A DNA stretch of 64,000 bases from an uncultured delta proteobacterium (GTDB lineage Bacteria; Myxococcota_A; UBA9160; UBA4427): the NCBI GenBank assembly GCA_963822965.1, contig CAWGJT010000005.1, positions 1,952,001 to 2,016,000 of the forward strand. The letters run 5' to 3'. Shown piece by piece: positions 47,507 through 59,578 of this stretch. The notes beneath the pieces were generated by a model. The model saw nothing but the letters and a program-made list of their open reading frames with translations, ran no database searches and was not told the DNA's origin. How positions within the stretch are numbered: the stretch's first letter is position 1; each line of letters begins with the position of its first letter. The translations under genes and the position numbers were made by a program.

Positions 47507-49231
47507 CTAGCGGTCCTTCGACCCGGCCTTCCCCCGCGGGAGGCTCTTCTCCCGAGCCCGGCGGCCCAGGGCGCCCGCCGGATGGCGGGCCGCGTAGTCC
47601 TCGAGGGTGAACCCCGACCGCTGCTGGAGCAGCGCCGAGAGCGCCGCGAGCACCGCCACCTCGGTGGCCACGCTGGCCCGTGGTGCAAGGCCAAGGGGAC
47701 CGCCCTCGCTCGAGACGCCGGCCTCGAGCACCACGTCCGCCAGCTCGGCCAGCGCGGAGCCGGGATCGCCGGTCACCGCGATCACCCGGGCACCGTGGCC
47801 GTGAAGCAGCTCGGCGAGCTGCACGGTCTCGGGGGTGCCTCCGCTGTTGGAGACGGCGATCACGATGTCCCCGGTGACGACCTGGCCGAGGCTGCCGTGG
47901 GTGGCCTCGGTGGTATGCAGGAAGCTGGCCGGCGTGCCGGTGGACGAGAGCAGCGACGCCGCATAGTGACTCACGTGCTCCGGCTTGCCGAGACCCGTGA
48001 CGTGCACGCGACCGCCCGCCGCGCGCGTCGACTCGACGAGGCGGGCCGCGGCCAGCAGCGACTCGCCGTCGTGTCGCCCGGCCAGCTCCGAGAGCTCGCG
48101 CGCGATCACCTCGAGCACCTGTAGACCCGCGCTCGCATCCGACGCGTCCGCCGCGTCGGAGCCAACACCCGGAAGTGTCGACAGCGCCTTCCAGTCGAGT
48201 CGGGCGCCGCCTTCGGACTGCGTCTCCCCGTAGAAGCGCGCCACCCGCGCGCGCGCCGCCGGGATGTCTTCGGGAAAGGCGCCGAGCTGCTCGACGCACG
48301 CCGCACCGCAGGCGTTCGCCAGCCGGCCCGCCTCGGGCCACCCGAGCCCGTGGTGGAGACCGACGAGGAGCCCGCCGAGGAAGGCGTCGCCGGCACCGGT
48401 CGAGTCCACCGGCTTCGCGGGGCAGGCGGGTACGGTTCCCTCGTACTCGTCGCTCGAGATCGCGCAGCCCGCGGCGCCGTCGGTCACCACCACCGCCTGG
48501 TTGCCGAAGCGCTCGCGGATGGCGCGCGCCAACGCCAGCGGATCGTCGGCCAGGCGCGGAAACAGCTCGCGGGCGGCGAGCTTCGCGGGCTTGAGAACGT
48601 CGGCCGCCCGCAGCACGGCGTCGAGGGTGGCCTCGTCGCCGAGGGTCGCGAGCGCGTCGGCGCGCGGCACGTCGAGGTCGACGACGGTGCGCGCGCCGGC
48701 CTCGTGCGCGATGGCGAGGGCCTCGAGGGCCGCCGCCAGGGGCAGCTGCGAGACCTCCGTGGTGAGGATCTGCGCCCGTCGGATGAACGCCTCGTGCACT
48801 TTGCGAACGTGTTCGCTCGTCGTCTCGCTGGTGGCGCCGGGCGCCATGTAGATGCTCCGCTCGCCCGAATCGTCCACGAAGATCTCGGCGACGGTGCTGG
48901 CCGCGCCGTCCGGGTCGAGATGGATGTGGGCCTCGATCCCCGTGCGCGCCATGGCGCCGCGCAGCAGGCGGCCGCCCTCGTCGTCGGCCTGGCGGCCGAA
49001 GATGCCCGTGCGCAGCCCGAGGATCGCCGCCCAGCCGAGATGATTCAGCACGACCCCGCCCACGTAGCTGCGGACGGGCCCCGCCCCCGCCAGCACCTCG
49101 CGCAGCACGCCCTTCTCGCCGGAAGACAGGATGCGCGGCGCGCGGTGCACGCGATCCACCGCCATGCTGCCGATGCCGACGACGTCGAGGTCGCGCTTCA
49201 CGGGGCTCTGTTGCCGTCTGCGGGCCGTCAC
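47507..49231 (-). CDS. PfkB-family sugar kinase fused to a KdsD/GutQ-like SIS isomerase domain (start 49231 or 49201)
   Basis: VVGIGSMAVD, GGVVLN, DSTGAGDAFLGG, ANACG; then VTGLGKPEH, STGTPASFLH..EATHGSLG, SNSG, GPLGLAPRAS, HPAGALG. Confidence 0.85.
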   Translation of the reverse strand: MTARRRQQSPVKRDLDVVGIGSMAVDRVHRAPRILSSGEKGVLREVLAGAGPVRSYVGGVVLNHLGWAAILGLRTGIFGRQADDEGGRLLRGAMARTGIEAHIHLDPDGAASTVAEIFVDDSGERSIYMAPGATSETTSEHVRKVHEAFIRRAQILTTEVSQLPLAAALEALAIAHEAGARTVVDLDVPRADALATLGDEATLDAVLRAADVLKPAKLAARELFPRLADDPLALARAIRERFGNQAVVVTDGAAGCAISSDEYEGTVPACPAKPVDSTGAGDAFLGGLLVGLHHGLGWPEAGRLANACGAACVEQLGAFPEDIPAARARVARFYGETQSEGGARLDWKALSTLPGVGSDAADASDASAGLQVLEVIARELSELAGRHDGESLLAAARLVESTRAAGGRVHVTGLGKPEHVSHYAASLLSSTGTPASFLHTTEATHGSLGQVVTGDIVIAVSNSGGTPETVQLAELLHGHGARVIAVTGDPGSALAELADVVLEAGVSSEGGPLGLAPRASVATEVAVLAALSALLQQRSGFTLEDYAARHPAGALGRRAREKSLPRGKAGSKDR

Positions 49232-49296
49232 TGCCGTTCCGGTTGGGAGGTCGTCTGCGTCGCGGACCCGGTGCGTACCGGCCGGGACCCGACGCC

Positions 49297-50388
49297 TCAG
49301 GGTGCCACCGTAACCCAGGGCGCGCCGAGCTGGGCGCGCACCGCGTCGCGAACGCTCTCGTAGCGCGCGTCGAACCGGTCCGCGTCCGGCGCGCCGAGGG
49401 CGGGGGTTCCCGGCGCCACGGCGGCGCTGGTGATCACACCGTCCCGCAGCAGCGCGCGCTTCAGACACGCGATGGTGCGCCGGCCGCCGGCCGCCACCTC
49501 GGTGGCCGCCCGGAAGCTCTCGACGATGCGCTTCATCTCGTCCATGCGCTCGAGGTCGCCGGCGCGGCACACCTGCCAGGCGCGCGCCCACTCCCGCGGC
49601 AGCGCGTTGGCCGGGCCCGAGACGACGCCGATCGGCAGCCCGCCCTGCATGCGGTAGCGGTACCAGTGCTCGGCGATGGTCCCGACGACGCCGCGGCGCG
49701 GGCGGAACAGATCGAAGATCAACATGGCGTTGCCGACGTAGATGCCGAACTCGCCGCGCTCCCGGAAGCTGGCCGCCGCCTTCGTGTAGTTGCCGAGCAC
49801 CTTGCGGGTGGCCGACACCTTGATGCCGCGCACGAAGTCGAGCCGCGACATGGCCTTCACCTGACGGGTGCGGATGTGCGGCACCTTCGGGTCGACGGCG
49901 ATGTCCGCGTTGTCGTAGAGGAAGACGGGGATGCGGCGCGGCCGCGCGTCCAGCAGGTCGGAGATGTCCCGGGCCACGAAGCGCACCGGGTCGTCGATGC
50001 CCTGGATGGAGAGCGGCGCCAGCACCGCCGCGTCGACGCCGCACGCGATGGCGAAGTCGAGATTCTCGAGGGTCTCCTCGGCGGTGGGCGCGGTGACCCC
50101 CGCCCAGGCCTCCACCCCCCGGCCGGTGGCGGCGGAGAGCGAGGCGTTCAGCTTCGCGACCTCCTCGGCGCAGACCTGGATGACCTGCTGCCGGGTGTGG
50201 TTGTCCACCCGGTCCCACTCGCCGGTGGTGCCGGCCGAGAAGACCACGTCGGCCCCGTAGCCGTCCTGGATCACGTGACGGACGAGGGCCCGCTGATCGC
50301 TGTCGATCAGCCGGCCCTCTGCGTCCAGGACCGTCACCACGGGCACCGAGAGCCCGGAACGCGGTCGTGTGTCTTCGACGCTTCTCAC
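49297..50388 (-). CDS. DHDPS/N-acetylneuraminate lyase family class I aldolase
   Basis: VPVVT.LD..G.L, AGTTGEW, VFLYDN, GIKVS (Schiff-base Lys), GVVSGPAN. GGAGG RBS before the GTG. Confidence 0.8.
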   Translation of the reverse strand: MRSVEDTRPRSGLSVPVVTVLDAEGRLIDSDQRALVRHVIQDGYGADVVFSAGTTGEWDRVDNHTRQQVIQVCAEEVAKLNASLSAATGRGVEAWAGVTAPTAEETLENLDFAIACGVDAAVLAPLSIQGIDDPVRFVARDISDLLDARPRRIPVFLYDNADIAVDPKVPHIRTRQVKAMSRLDFVRGIKVSATRKVLGNYTKAAASFRERGEFGIYVGNAMLIFDLFRPRRGVVGTIAEHWYRYRMQGGLPIGVVSGPANALPREWARAWQVCRAGDLERMDEMKRIVESFRAATEVAAGGRRTIACLKRALLRDGVITSAAVAPGTPALGAPDADRFDARYESVRDAVRAQLGAPWVTVAP

Positions 50389-50426
50389 GGAGCCTCCCCG
50401 CACCCGGCGAGAGGCCCCAGTGTGCC

Positions 50427-51032
50427 TCAGACCGTCTCGAAGAAGTAGGTCATCTTCGTGCCGAGCGCCGTGGCGAGCTTGTGGAGCGTCGACATGGAGG
50501 CCGCGCTCTTGCCGAGCTCGATCTGGGAGATGAGGCTCACGGACAGGCCCGTCCGGTTGGCGAGCTGCTTCAGGGTGAGCGGACGCGAGTGCCGCCGCTC
50601 CCGGATCCGGCGGCCCACCTCGAGGTTCAGGCGCGTCTCGAGGTCCACCAGCAGGCCCTTGTCCTGGATCGCCTCGCGCATCACGGCGCGCAGGGCGTCC
50701 GCCTCGACGGGCTTCCGCAGGTAGTTGAAGGCCTGCTGCTTCATGGCCGCCACGGCCATTTCCACCGTCGGGAACTCGGTCATGGCGATGATGCACAGGT
50801 CGCTGTCCGCACGGCGAAGCTCCTCGAGCGCGTCCATACCGCCCGGGTTCTCGGGCGACACGTCGACGACGACGAGCTGGTAGCGGTTGTTGCGAATCTC
50901 CTCGGGGGCGCCGGCCGGGTCGGTGATGGCGCTGACCCGGTACCCCTCCTCACTGAGGATGCTCTTGAGCTGGACGTTGGTCTCCTCGTCCGGATCGATG
51001 ACCAGGATGTTGAGACGCTGCGGTTGACTCAT
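50427..51032 (-). CDS. receiver domain + XRE/Cro HTH regulator
   Basis: REC (ILVID, VVVDV, YLRKP); LTLKQLANRTGLSVSLISQIELGK. Confidence 0.88.
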   Translation of the reverse strand: MSQPQRLNILVIDPDEETNVQLKSILSEEGYRVSAITDPAGAPEEIRNNRYQLVVVDVSPENPGGMDALEELRRADSDLCIIAMTEFPTVEMAVAAMKQQAFNYLRKPVEADALRAVMREAIQDKGLLVDLETRLNLEVGRRIRERRHSRPLTLKQLANRTGLSVSLISQIELGKSAASMSTLHKLATALGTKMTYFFETV

Positions 51033-51262
51033 CCCTCGAACTCCCGTGGCCCGGCAGGCTTCCGCGGGGATGGTTGCCGCTTGCCTGCTCCCGGGTGTGC
51101 GTCGGCGGCCGGAAGTCCCGAACTCTTCAGGAGTTCCGACCACCCTCTGCGTTCCACGAGGATCTTCTTCGGTATTCGTGGGGCTTTGCATTAGCCCTGA
51201 ATTCGAGAATTTGCGGAGTTTCCCGAACCGGGGGCGCCGGCCGGGGACGGGGGCGCCGGCCG

Positions 51263-52156
51263 CTACCGCGCCCCGGAGGGGGCGGCGGGGGCGCGGGCGG
51301 AGCCCGCGGCATCGCCCATCGGGTCGCCGGCCGCAGGCGTCTGCAGCCAGGCGCGCTTGAAGCCGGCCGCGGGTGCGTTGACGGGCGTCACGCCGAGGAT
51401 GTCGAAGCGGATGGGCTGCCGATCCGGCTCGTGGATGGTGATCGAGTCGGGAAACCGCACGGCGCCGAAGGCGACGAGCGGGCCGAAGTCCACCACCACC
51501 CCCGTGGCCGACTCGATCCTCACGATCTCGTAGCTGGTGCTCTCGATCCAGAGGGTGGGCACCGGGTTGCTCGCCAGGCGGAAGTCCTGGTCCGGGGGCG
51601 GGGGGATCGGAGGCCCGGGGCTCCGCGGGACCGCCGCGCCGCCGTCCGCCTGGCCCTCGTCGTCGGGCGCGGGCGGCGCCACCCGGGACGGATCGCCGAT
51701 CACGTAGCAGACGCTCGTCCCGCACGGCTCCAGGGCCACCGCGTCCACGTCGAAGCCGTGGTCGCTCAGGGCCTGCCGGAGGGTCGCCGGGGAGTCCACC
51801 TGCAGGAAGAAGAGCGGCGGCAGGAAGTCCCGCGGCCGTTCGAGCTCCTCGCCGTTGCGGCTGGCCAGGTGCTCGGTGCCGAGCAGCAGGTGCCGCTCGA
51901 CCCGGTCGGCGGCGTCCCGCAGCTCGAGGCGCGCCAAGCCGTTGGGATGCGTGACGAGGGTGCCCGTGCCGATGGGGTCGCGACCCACCACGCGGAGGGT
52001 CAGGTCGATCTGCAGGGCCTCGCTGCGACCCGCGGCGGCGTTGGCGCGCGCCGTGGCCCGGGCGATGCGATCCGCCCGAGGCACGAATCCGAGCAGCGGC
52101 ACGAGCGCGAGCGCCGCCGCAGCGAGCGCGATCGGTCGCCGCCGTCTCGCCGCCAT
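51263..52156 (-). CDS. hypothetical exported protein (possibly LolA-like fold)
   Basis: RRRR followed by a hydrophobic signal; TLWIESTSYEIVRIE...FPDSITI pattern. Starts 5 nt after the eno stop. Confidence 0.6.
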   Translation of the reverse strand: MAARRRRPIALAAAALALVPLLGFVPRADRIARATARANAAAGRSEALQIDLTLRVVGRDPIGTGTLVTHPNGLARLELRDAADRVERHLLLGTEHLASRNGEELERPRDFLPPLFFLQVDSPATLRQALSDHGFDVDAVALEPCGTSVCYVIGDPSRVAPPAPDDEGQADGGAAVPRSPGPPIPPPPDQDFRLASNPVPTLWIESTSYEIVRIESATGVVVDFGPLVAFGAVRFPDSITIHEPDRQPIRFDILGVTPVNAPAAGFKRAWLQTPAAGDPMGDAAGSARAPAAPSGAR

Positions 52157-52161
52157 GGGTG

Positions 52162-54333
<2,172 letters not shown>

Positions 54334-54337
<4 letters not shown>

Positions 54338-55356
54338 CGGGCCATCACCTGCAGGTGATGGCGGCGCAGCAGGGTCAGGAAGAGGGGACCCCCGACGATG
54401 GCCGTGATGGCGCCCACCGGCAGCTCACGCCCGCCGAGCAGGGTGCGGGCCACCGTGTCGCACACCACCAGGAAGGCGGCTCCGCCCAGCGCCGCGGCGG
54501 GCACCAGCAGCCGGTGGTCGGGACCCAGCACCAGCCGCAGCAGGTGCGGAATGATCAGCCCCACGAAGCCCACCAGGCCGGCGACGGACACCGCCGCACC
54601 CACCATGAGCGACGTGGCAACCAGCAGGATGCGTTGCTGCCGCGGCACCGAGACCCCGAGCTGCTCGGCGGCCTCGTCTCCCAGCGCCAGCACGTTGAGC
54701 GAGCGGGAGAGCACGAACGCCGCCGTGAAGCCTGCCCCCAGGAAGACCACCAGCCAGGGCGCCACGTCCATGCGTGCGCCCGAGAGGTTGCCCACCAGCC
54801 AGAGGAAGATGCGCAATCCCTGGGTGAGGCCCGCCGCCGAGGCCAGGAAGACGATGGCCGCGGAGGCGAAGGCGTTGAAGACGACCCCGGTCAGCAGCAG
54901 GTTGGTGGCGGACACGCGCCCGCGAGCCCCCGCGACCAGATAGAGGAGCAGCGTCGTCAGGACGGCCCCCACGAAGGCCGCCGGCGGAACGGCCGCGTAT
55001 CCGAGTCCCACGAGACCGCCCAGGGACAGCATGGCGATCCCCCCGAGCGCGGCGCCGCCGGAGACCCCGAGAATGAACGGATCCGCCAGCGGGTTGCGCA
55101 GCAGCGCCTGGAAGATGACACCCGCCAGCGAGAGACACGCACCCACCAGCGCGGCCAGGGCGACCCGGGGCAGGCGAATGCGCCAGACGATGTCGGCGGC
55201 CGCGCCGACGCGGTCCGGCTCGCGCAGCGCGCGCGAAAGCTCCGAGACGCTCAGGTGGCTGGGCCCCAGCATCAGACCCGCGGCCAGGGCGACGGCGAGC
55301 AGCACGAGCAGCACGCCCAGCACCGACGCGAAGCGCACGCCCGTGAGATGCTTCAT
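54334..55356 (-). CDS. FecCD/BtuC-type ABC permease
   Basis: IRLPR, QALLRNPLADPFILGVSGGA, GDEAA..LG, GFVGLIIPH, ELPVG. Confidence 0.92.
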
Positions 55357-56300
55357 CCGCCGTCCCCGGCGTCCGGCCCGACGGCCGCCAGCAGCTCGCC
55401 GCGCGCCGCTTCGCCGTGCAGCGCGACGACCAGGGTCTCGATGGAGCGATCGAGGTAGGGACCGGGCAGGGTCACGGTCTTGGGATCGAGGTGCAGCACG
55501 CGTCCCGCGGCCACCGCCGGGATGGCCGGCCAGCGAGACCAGTACAGCATGGGGTCGCTCGGCTCCTCGGTCATGTCGATCAGCACCTCGGGTGCCGCGT
55601 CGAGCAGCCACTCCAGGGCCACCTGGGGATAGGCGGCCTCGAAGCGGCCACCGAGATTGTCCGCGCCCGCCGCCTCGAGCAGCTCGTCGATGAAGCTCCC
55701 GCGACCGACCACGAAGACGGGATCCCGCTGCAGCACGACGAGCGTCCGCGGCCGGGGCCGCCCGGCGGTGATCGACTCGGCGGCGCCACGCGTTCGACGG
55801 ATGCTCCGGATGCGCGCCGCCGCCGCCGCCTCGCGTCCCACGAGTCGGCCCAGCCGCTCGATGTTCTCGAGCACCTGCTCGAAGTGGATGTTGTCGAAGA
55901 TCTCGACGCGGACGCCCAGCGCGCGCAGACGCGCGACGAAGTCGCGCTGCTCGACACTCGGCACCACCAGCACGGCGTCGGGCTCGAGGGCGGCGACGGC
56001 CTCCAGGCTCGGATTGAAGAGGCCCCCCACCCGGGGCAAGTCGGCGACCGCCGGCTGCTGGGCGGCCGAGAACTCGTCGACGCCCACGAGGCGGTCCCCG
56101 GCGCCGAGGGCCAGCACGATTGCCGTGAGCGACGGGTTGAGGGAGACGAGACGCGAAGCGTGCGCGCCGACCGCCCAAGGCACCTCCGCAGGCGCACGGT
56201 CGCGCCCCCCGCACGCGAGGCCGGTGACGAGCAGGCCGGCGGCCAGCGCCCACACGAGGGCCCGGGGAAGACCCCCGTTCTCGGAGGGCACGGAATGCAT
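55353..56300 (-). CDS. BtuF-like substrate-binding lipoprotein
   Basis: Lipobox GLAC, RLVSLNPSLT, LVGVD, P.LEAVAALEPD, PGP. Confidence 0.88.
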   Translation of the reverse strand: MHSVPSENGGLPRALVWALAAGLLVTGLACGGRDRAPAEVPWAVGAHASRLVSLNPSLTAIVLALGAGDRLVGVDEFSAAQQPAVADLPRVGGLFNPSLEAVAALEPDAVLVVPSVEQRDFVARLRALGVRVEIFDNIHFEQVLENIERLGRLVGREAAAAARIRSIRRTRGAAESITAGRPRPRTLVVLQRDPVFVVGRGSFIDELLEAAGADNLGGRFEAAYPQVALEWLLDAAPEVLIDMTEEPSDPMLYWSRWPAIPAVAAGRVLHLDPKTVTLPGPYLDRSIETLVVALHGEAARGELLAAVGPDAGDGG

Positions 56301-56476
56301 TCCGCGATTCTAGTGCCCCTTGCCGGGGAGTGTCCCGAGGGTTCGCCTGCGAGGTCCCGGGACTTCGCCGGCAGTCGGCCTGCGCCCTCGGCGGAACGCA
56401 GGGGAGGGGGACTGGGTGCCGGGCGCGCTGCGCCCGGCACCGGTCCGGCGTGCGCGCGCCACCCGGGCGCGCGTCC

Positions 56477-56845
56477 TCACAGCCTGCGTGCGGTGGTCTT
56501 CCCGGTGAGCGTCACGAAGGGGCGCATGCGTTCGAGCATCGCCTCTCCGATCCCCTTCACGTCGAGCAGCTCGTCGACGTTCTTGAAGCCGCCGCGCTCC
56601 TTGCGCCTTGCGACGATCGCCACCGCGCGCACCTCGCCCACCCCGGGCAGCAGCTGCAGCTCTTCGGGAGTGGCCGTGTTGAGGTTCACCACCCCGTCGA
56701 TGGATGCCGTGCGGCTGGGCGACGAAACCGGGTGACTGGGCGGCTGGGCAGCGCGTCCACCCGATGCCGCCACGAGGGCGAGCGCGCACGCCACCAGGAG
56801 TCCCTGCACGGCGACGCGCCGCCAGGGATGCATGTTGCTGTTCAT
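56477..56845 (-). CDS. comEA: ComEA-like helix-hairpin-helix DNA-binding protein
   Basis: Signal peptide; VNLNTATPEELQLLPGVG, FKNVDELLDVKGIG. Confidence 0.88.
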   Translation of the reverse strand: MNSNMHPWRRVAVQGLLVACALALVAASGGRAAQPPSHPVSSPSRTASIDGVVNLNTATPEELQLLPGVGEVRAVAIVARRKERGGFKNVDELLDVKGIGEAMLERMRPFVTLTGKTTARRL

Positions 56846-56904
56846 CGTTCTGTCTCTCCGCGGGACCGCGGGGTGAGGGAACGAAGGACCCGGGCGCCGA
56901 CCAG

Positions 56905-57963
56905 CTAGTAGTCCCGACCGGCCGCGTAGTCGGCGGCGGAGATCAGGGCCTGCTTGGCGGGGCCGTCCGGGAAGGCGGCGATCGAAGCGCGCGCCTTGGC
57001 GACGTGTTCCTCCGCGCGCCGGACGGTGTCCGCCACGCCGTGATAGCGGCCCACCATCTCGACGACGGTGGTGAAATCGCTCGGCGACACCGGGTCGGGC
57101 CCGGTGGGCGAGGTGACGTCGAGCCCCTCGGCGTCGGCCCGGCGCGCGCGCTTGAGGACGCTCGAGACGAGCTCGCGCTCTCCCCCGGTGCATCGCTTCA
57201 GGGTGAGCAGCAGGGGCAGCGTGACCTTGCCCTCGTGCAGGTCGGTGTGGTCGCGCTTGCCGAGGGCGGTGGCGCTCGATTCGTAGTCGAGCGCATCGTC
57301 CCGAAGCTGGAAGGCGAGTCCGAGCTCGTGGCCGAAGTCGGCCACGCTGCGGCGTTCGCCTCGCGTGACGCCGCCGAGCAGCGCGCCCGACTCGCACGCC
57401 ACGCTCAGCAGCGTGGCGCTCTTGCGGTCGATCACCTTGTAGTACTGCGCCTCGGTGGCGGCGACGTCGAAGCTGAACTCGAGCTGCAGGAGCTCGCCTT
57501 CCGCCATCAGGCGGATGGTGTCGGCGAAGCGCTCGAGGATCTCGACGCTGCCGTCCTCGATGATCATGTTCGAGGCGCGCGCGTAGAGGAAGTCACCGCC
57601 GAGCACCGCGCGCCGGTTTCCCCAGATGGCGTTGGCCGACGGCCGGCCCCGCCGCAGATCCGAGAAATCGACGACGTCGTCGTGAAGCAACGTGGCCGTG
57701 TGCAGCAGCTCGATGGCTGCGGCCACCTGCACGCGCCGCGGTCCCGTATACCCGCACAGCTCGGCGGCCAGCATCACGAGCGCGGGCCGCAGACGCTTGC
57801 CGCCCGAGGAGAGGACGTGATCGCCGATGGAGACCATCAGCTCGCTCGGTCCGGCGAGCTGGTCGCGCATGGTGCGCTCGACCAGGTCGAGGCTCGGGGC
57901 GAGGCGCTTGAAGACGCCAGCGATCGCGCCGGAAAGCTCGCTCGGGGTTGCTCCGGCGGGCAT
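56905..57963 (-). CDS. ispB: polyprenyl (octaprenyl-type) diphosphate synthase (start 57963 or 58071)
   Basis: GGKRLRP, ELLHTATLLHDDVVD..RRG, GDFL, FQLRDD, DLHEGKVTLP. Confidence 0.9.
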   Translation of the reverse strand: MPAGATPSELSGAIAGVFKRLAPSLDLVERTMRDQLAGPSELMVSIGDHVLSSGGKRLRPALVMLAAELCGYTGPRRVQVAAAIELLHTATLLHDDVVDFSDLRRGRPSANAIWGNRRAVLGGDFLYARASNMIIEDGSVEILERFADTIRLMAEGELLQLEFSFDVAATEAQYYKVIDRKSATLLSVACESGALLGGVTRGERRSVADFGHELGLAFQLRDDALDYESSATALGKRDHTDLHEGKVTLPLLLTLKRCTGGERELVSSVLKRARRADAEGLDVTSPTGPDPVSPSDFTTVVEMVGRYHGVADTVRRAEEHVAKARASIAAFPDGPAKQALISAADYAAGRDY

Positions 57964-58197
57964 GTCCCCGCTGGCGGCTCTCTCCAAGGGAGATGCCTCC
58001 AAGGGCGATGCGCCCGAGCTTCCGGAGCTCTGGCTCGGGGCGGGGCGCGAGGCCGTGGGGGGCTGCGTCATCGACCATCGAAGTTAGCCGCGCGCGGGGG
58101 GACTGTCAAAGCCCAGGAGCAAAGAAAGTGCAGGAAAAACAGAGGGTTAACGGAGGGTCACGCGAGTGTGTCCCAGCGGAATCGGACGGCCCCTCCA

Positions 58198-58230
58198 CCG
58201 TAAACCGAACCGCTGCTCACCGGTCGACGG
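58198..58230. promoter_or_regulatory. probable BirA operator upstream of bioB
   Basis: ccGTAAACC-N15-GGTCGACgg, matching the TGTAAACC-N14-16-GGTTKACA layout, 47 nt before bioB. Confidence 0.55.
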
Positions 58231-58277
58231 CGCGCTAGCCTGCCGGCCCGTCCCGTCGCTGCTCGAGGAGACTCCAC

Positions 58278-59354
58278 GTGATCGACTATGCACGACTGGC
58301 CCGCCGGGCGCTGGAAGGCGACGCGCCGAGCACCGAAGAGGCCGTTCACCTCATCGACGGCCCCGAGATCGAGCTCCTCCGGCTGGTCGACGCCGCCTAC
58401 GCGCCGCGCCGCCACCACTTCGGCCGCAAGGTGATGGTGCACGTCCTGAACAACGTGCAGAACGGCCTTTGTCCCGAGGACTGCGGCTACTGCTCGCAGA
58501 ACCGCGACTCCGCGGCGGCGATCCGCCAGTACCCGATGAAGCCTCCCGAAGAGATCCTCGCCGAAGCAGAGCGGGCGGCCCGCGCGGGCGCCTCCCGCTA
58601 TTGCATGGTGCTCTCGGGCCGGGGTCCGACGCTCGCGTACACCAGGCGTCTGGCAGAGGTGATCGCCGAGGTGAAGCGGCGATTCCCGGTGGAGGTGTGC
58701 CTCTCAGCGGGGCTGATCGACGACGAGAAGGCCGGCATCCTCGCCCGCGCCGGCCTCGACCGCCTCAACCACAACCTGAACACCAGCGAGCGCCACTACC
58801 CGGCGATCTGCTCGACCCACGACTACGCGGATCGACTGGCGACCCTCGAGGCGGCCCGCCGGAGCGGCATCCAGACCTGCAGCGGACTCATCATGGGCAT
58901 GGGCGAGGAGACCGAGGACCTGGTCTCGGTGGCATTCCAGCTGCGCGCCCTCGAGGTCCCGTCCATCCCCGTCAACTTCCTGATCCCCATCGAGGGCAAC
59001 CAGGTGACCCGGGACGGGAGCCTGACCCCGGAGCGGTGCCTGCGGGCGCTCTGCGTCATGCGGCTCGTCAACCCGTCGGCGGAGATCCGGGTGGCCGGGG
59101 GCCGGGAGGGCAACCTGCGCTGCCTGCAGCCGCTGGCCCTGTATCCCGCCAACTCGCTGTTCGTGGAGGGATACCTGACCACCCGGGGCGACGCCGTGGA
59201 CGACACCTACGCGATGATCCGCGACGCCGGCTTCGAGGTGGAGGGCAACCCGCTCTACGATGCGGATGACGCGCGTTATGACGCGTTCCGCATCCCGGGC
59301 GGCGGAGACCAGCTCCTGCGACCCGAGGTCGCCCTCGAGTCCGCCAAGACCTGA
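58278..59354 (+). CDS. bioB: biotin synthase
   Basis: CPEDCGYCSQ radical SAM motif, NHNLNTS, CSG.IMGMGE, SIPVNFL, IRVAGGRE, ANSLF..YLTT. Confidence 0.95.
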   Translation: MIDYARLARRALEGDAPSTEEAVHLIDGPEIELLRLVDAAYAPRRHHFGRKVMVHVLNNVQNGLCPEDCGYCSQNRDSAAAIRQYPMKPPEEILAEAERAARAGASRYCMVLSGRGPTLAYTRRLAEVIAEVKRRFPVEVCLSAGLIDDEKAGILARAGLDRLNHNLNTSERHYPAICSTHDYADRLATLEAARRSGIQTCSGLIMGMGEETEDLVSVAFQLRALEVPSIPVNFLIPIEGNQVTRDGSLTPERCLRALCVMRLVNPSAEIRVAGGREGNLRCLQPLALYPANSLFVEGYLTTRGDAVDDTYAMIRDAGFEVEGNPLYDADDARYDAFRIPGGGDQLLRPEVALESAKT

Positions 59355-59578
59355 GCTCCGGGCCCCAGGGCCGCTCAGGGCTTGCTTCGCCTCGCCGGAG
59401 GGCCGACGACGCGCGATGACGCGCGTCGAAGAAGAACACGGGCCACCGCGTCATCGAGACCGGCGAGGTCGGCGTGACGCGCGTCATCCCAGCCTCGGAC
59501 CCCCATCCCCGTCCCGAGACGATCCGGGTCTAAAGACCAACGGGCCATCGGACGATCAGCCTCCGGGGGAGGCCGGTC

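Noticed and set aside
56301..56476. Cobalamin riboswitch upstream of the btuF-like gene
   Set aside because: Only a vague B12-box resemblance; the conserved GGGAA and GCCCCCGCAACTGT core elements were not found. An Rfam search would settle it.
57975..58015. 15-bp duplication (ASPLE x2) upstream of or within the ispB N-terminus
   Set aside because: Only two imperfect copies, probably outside the true CDS. Too weak to interpret.
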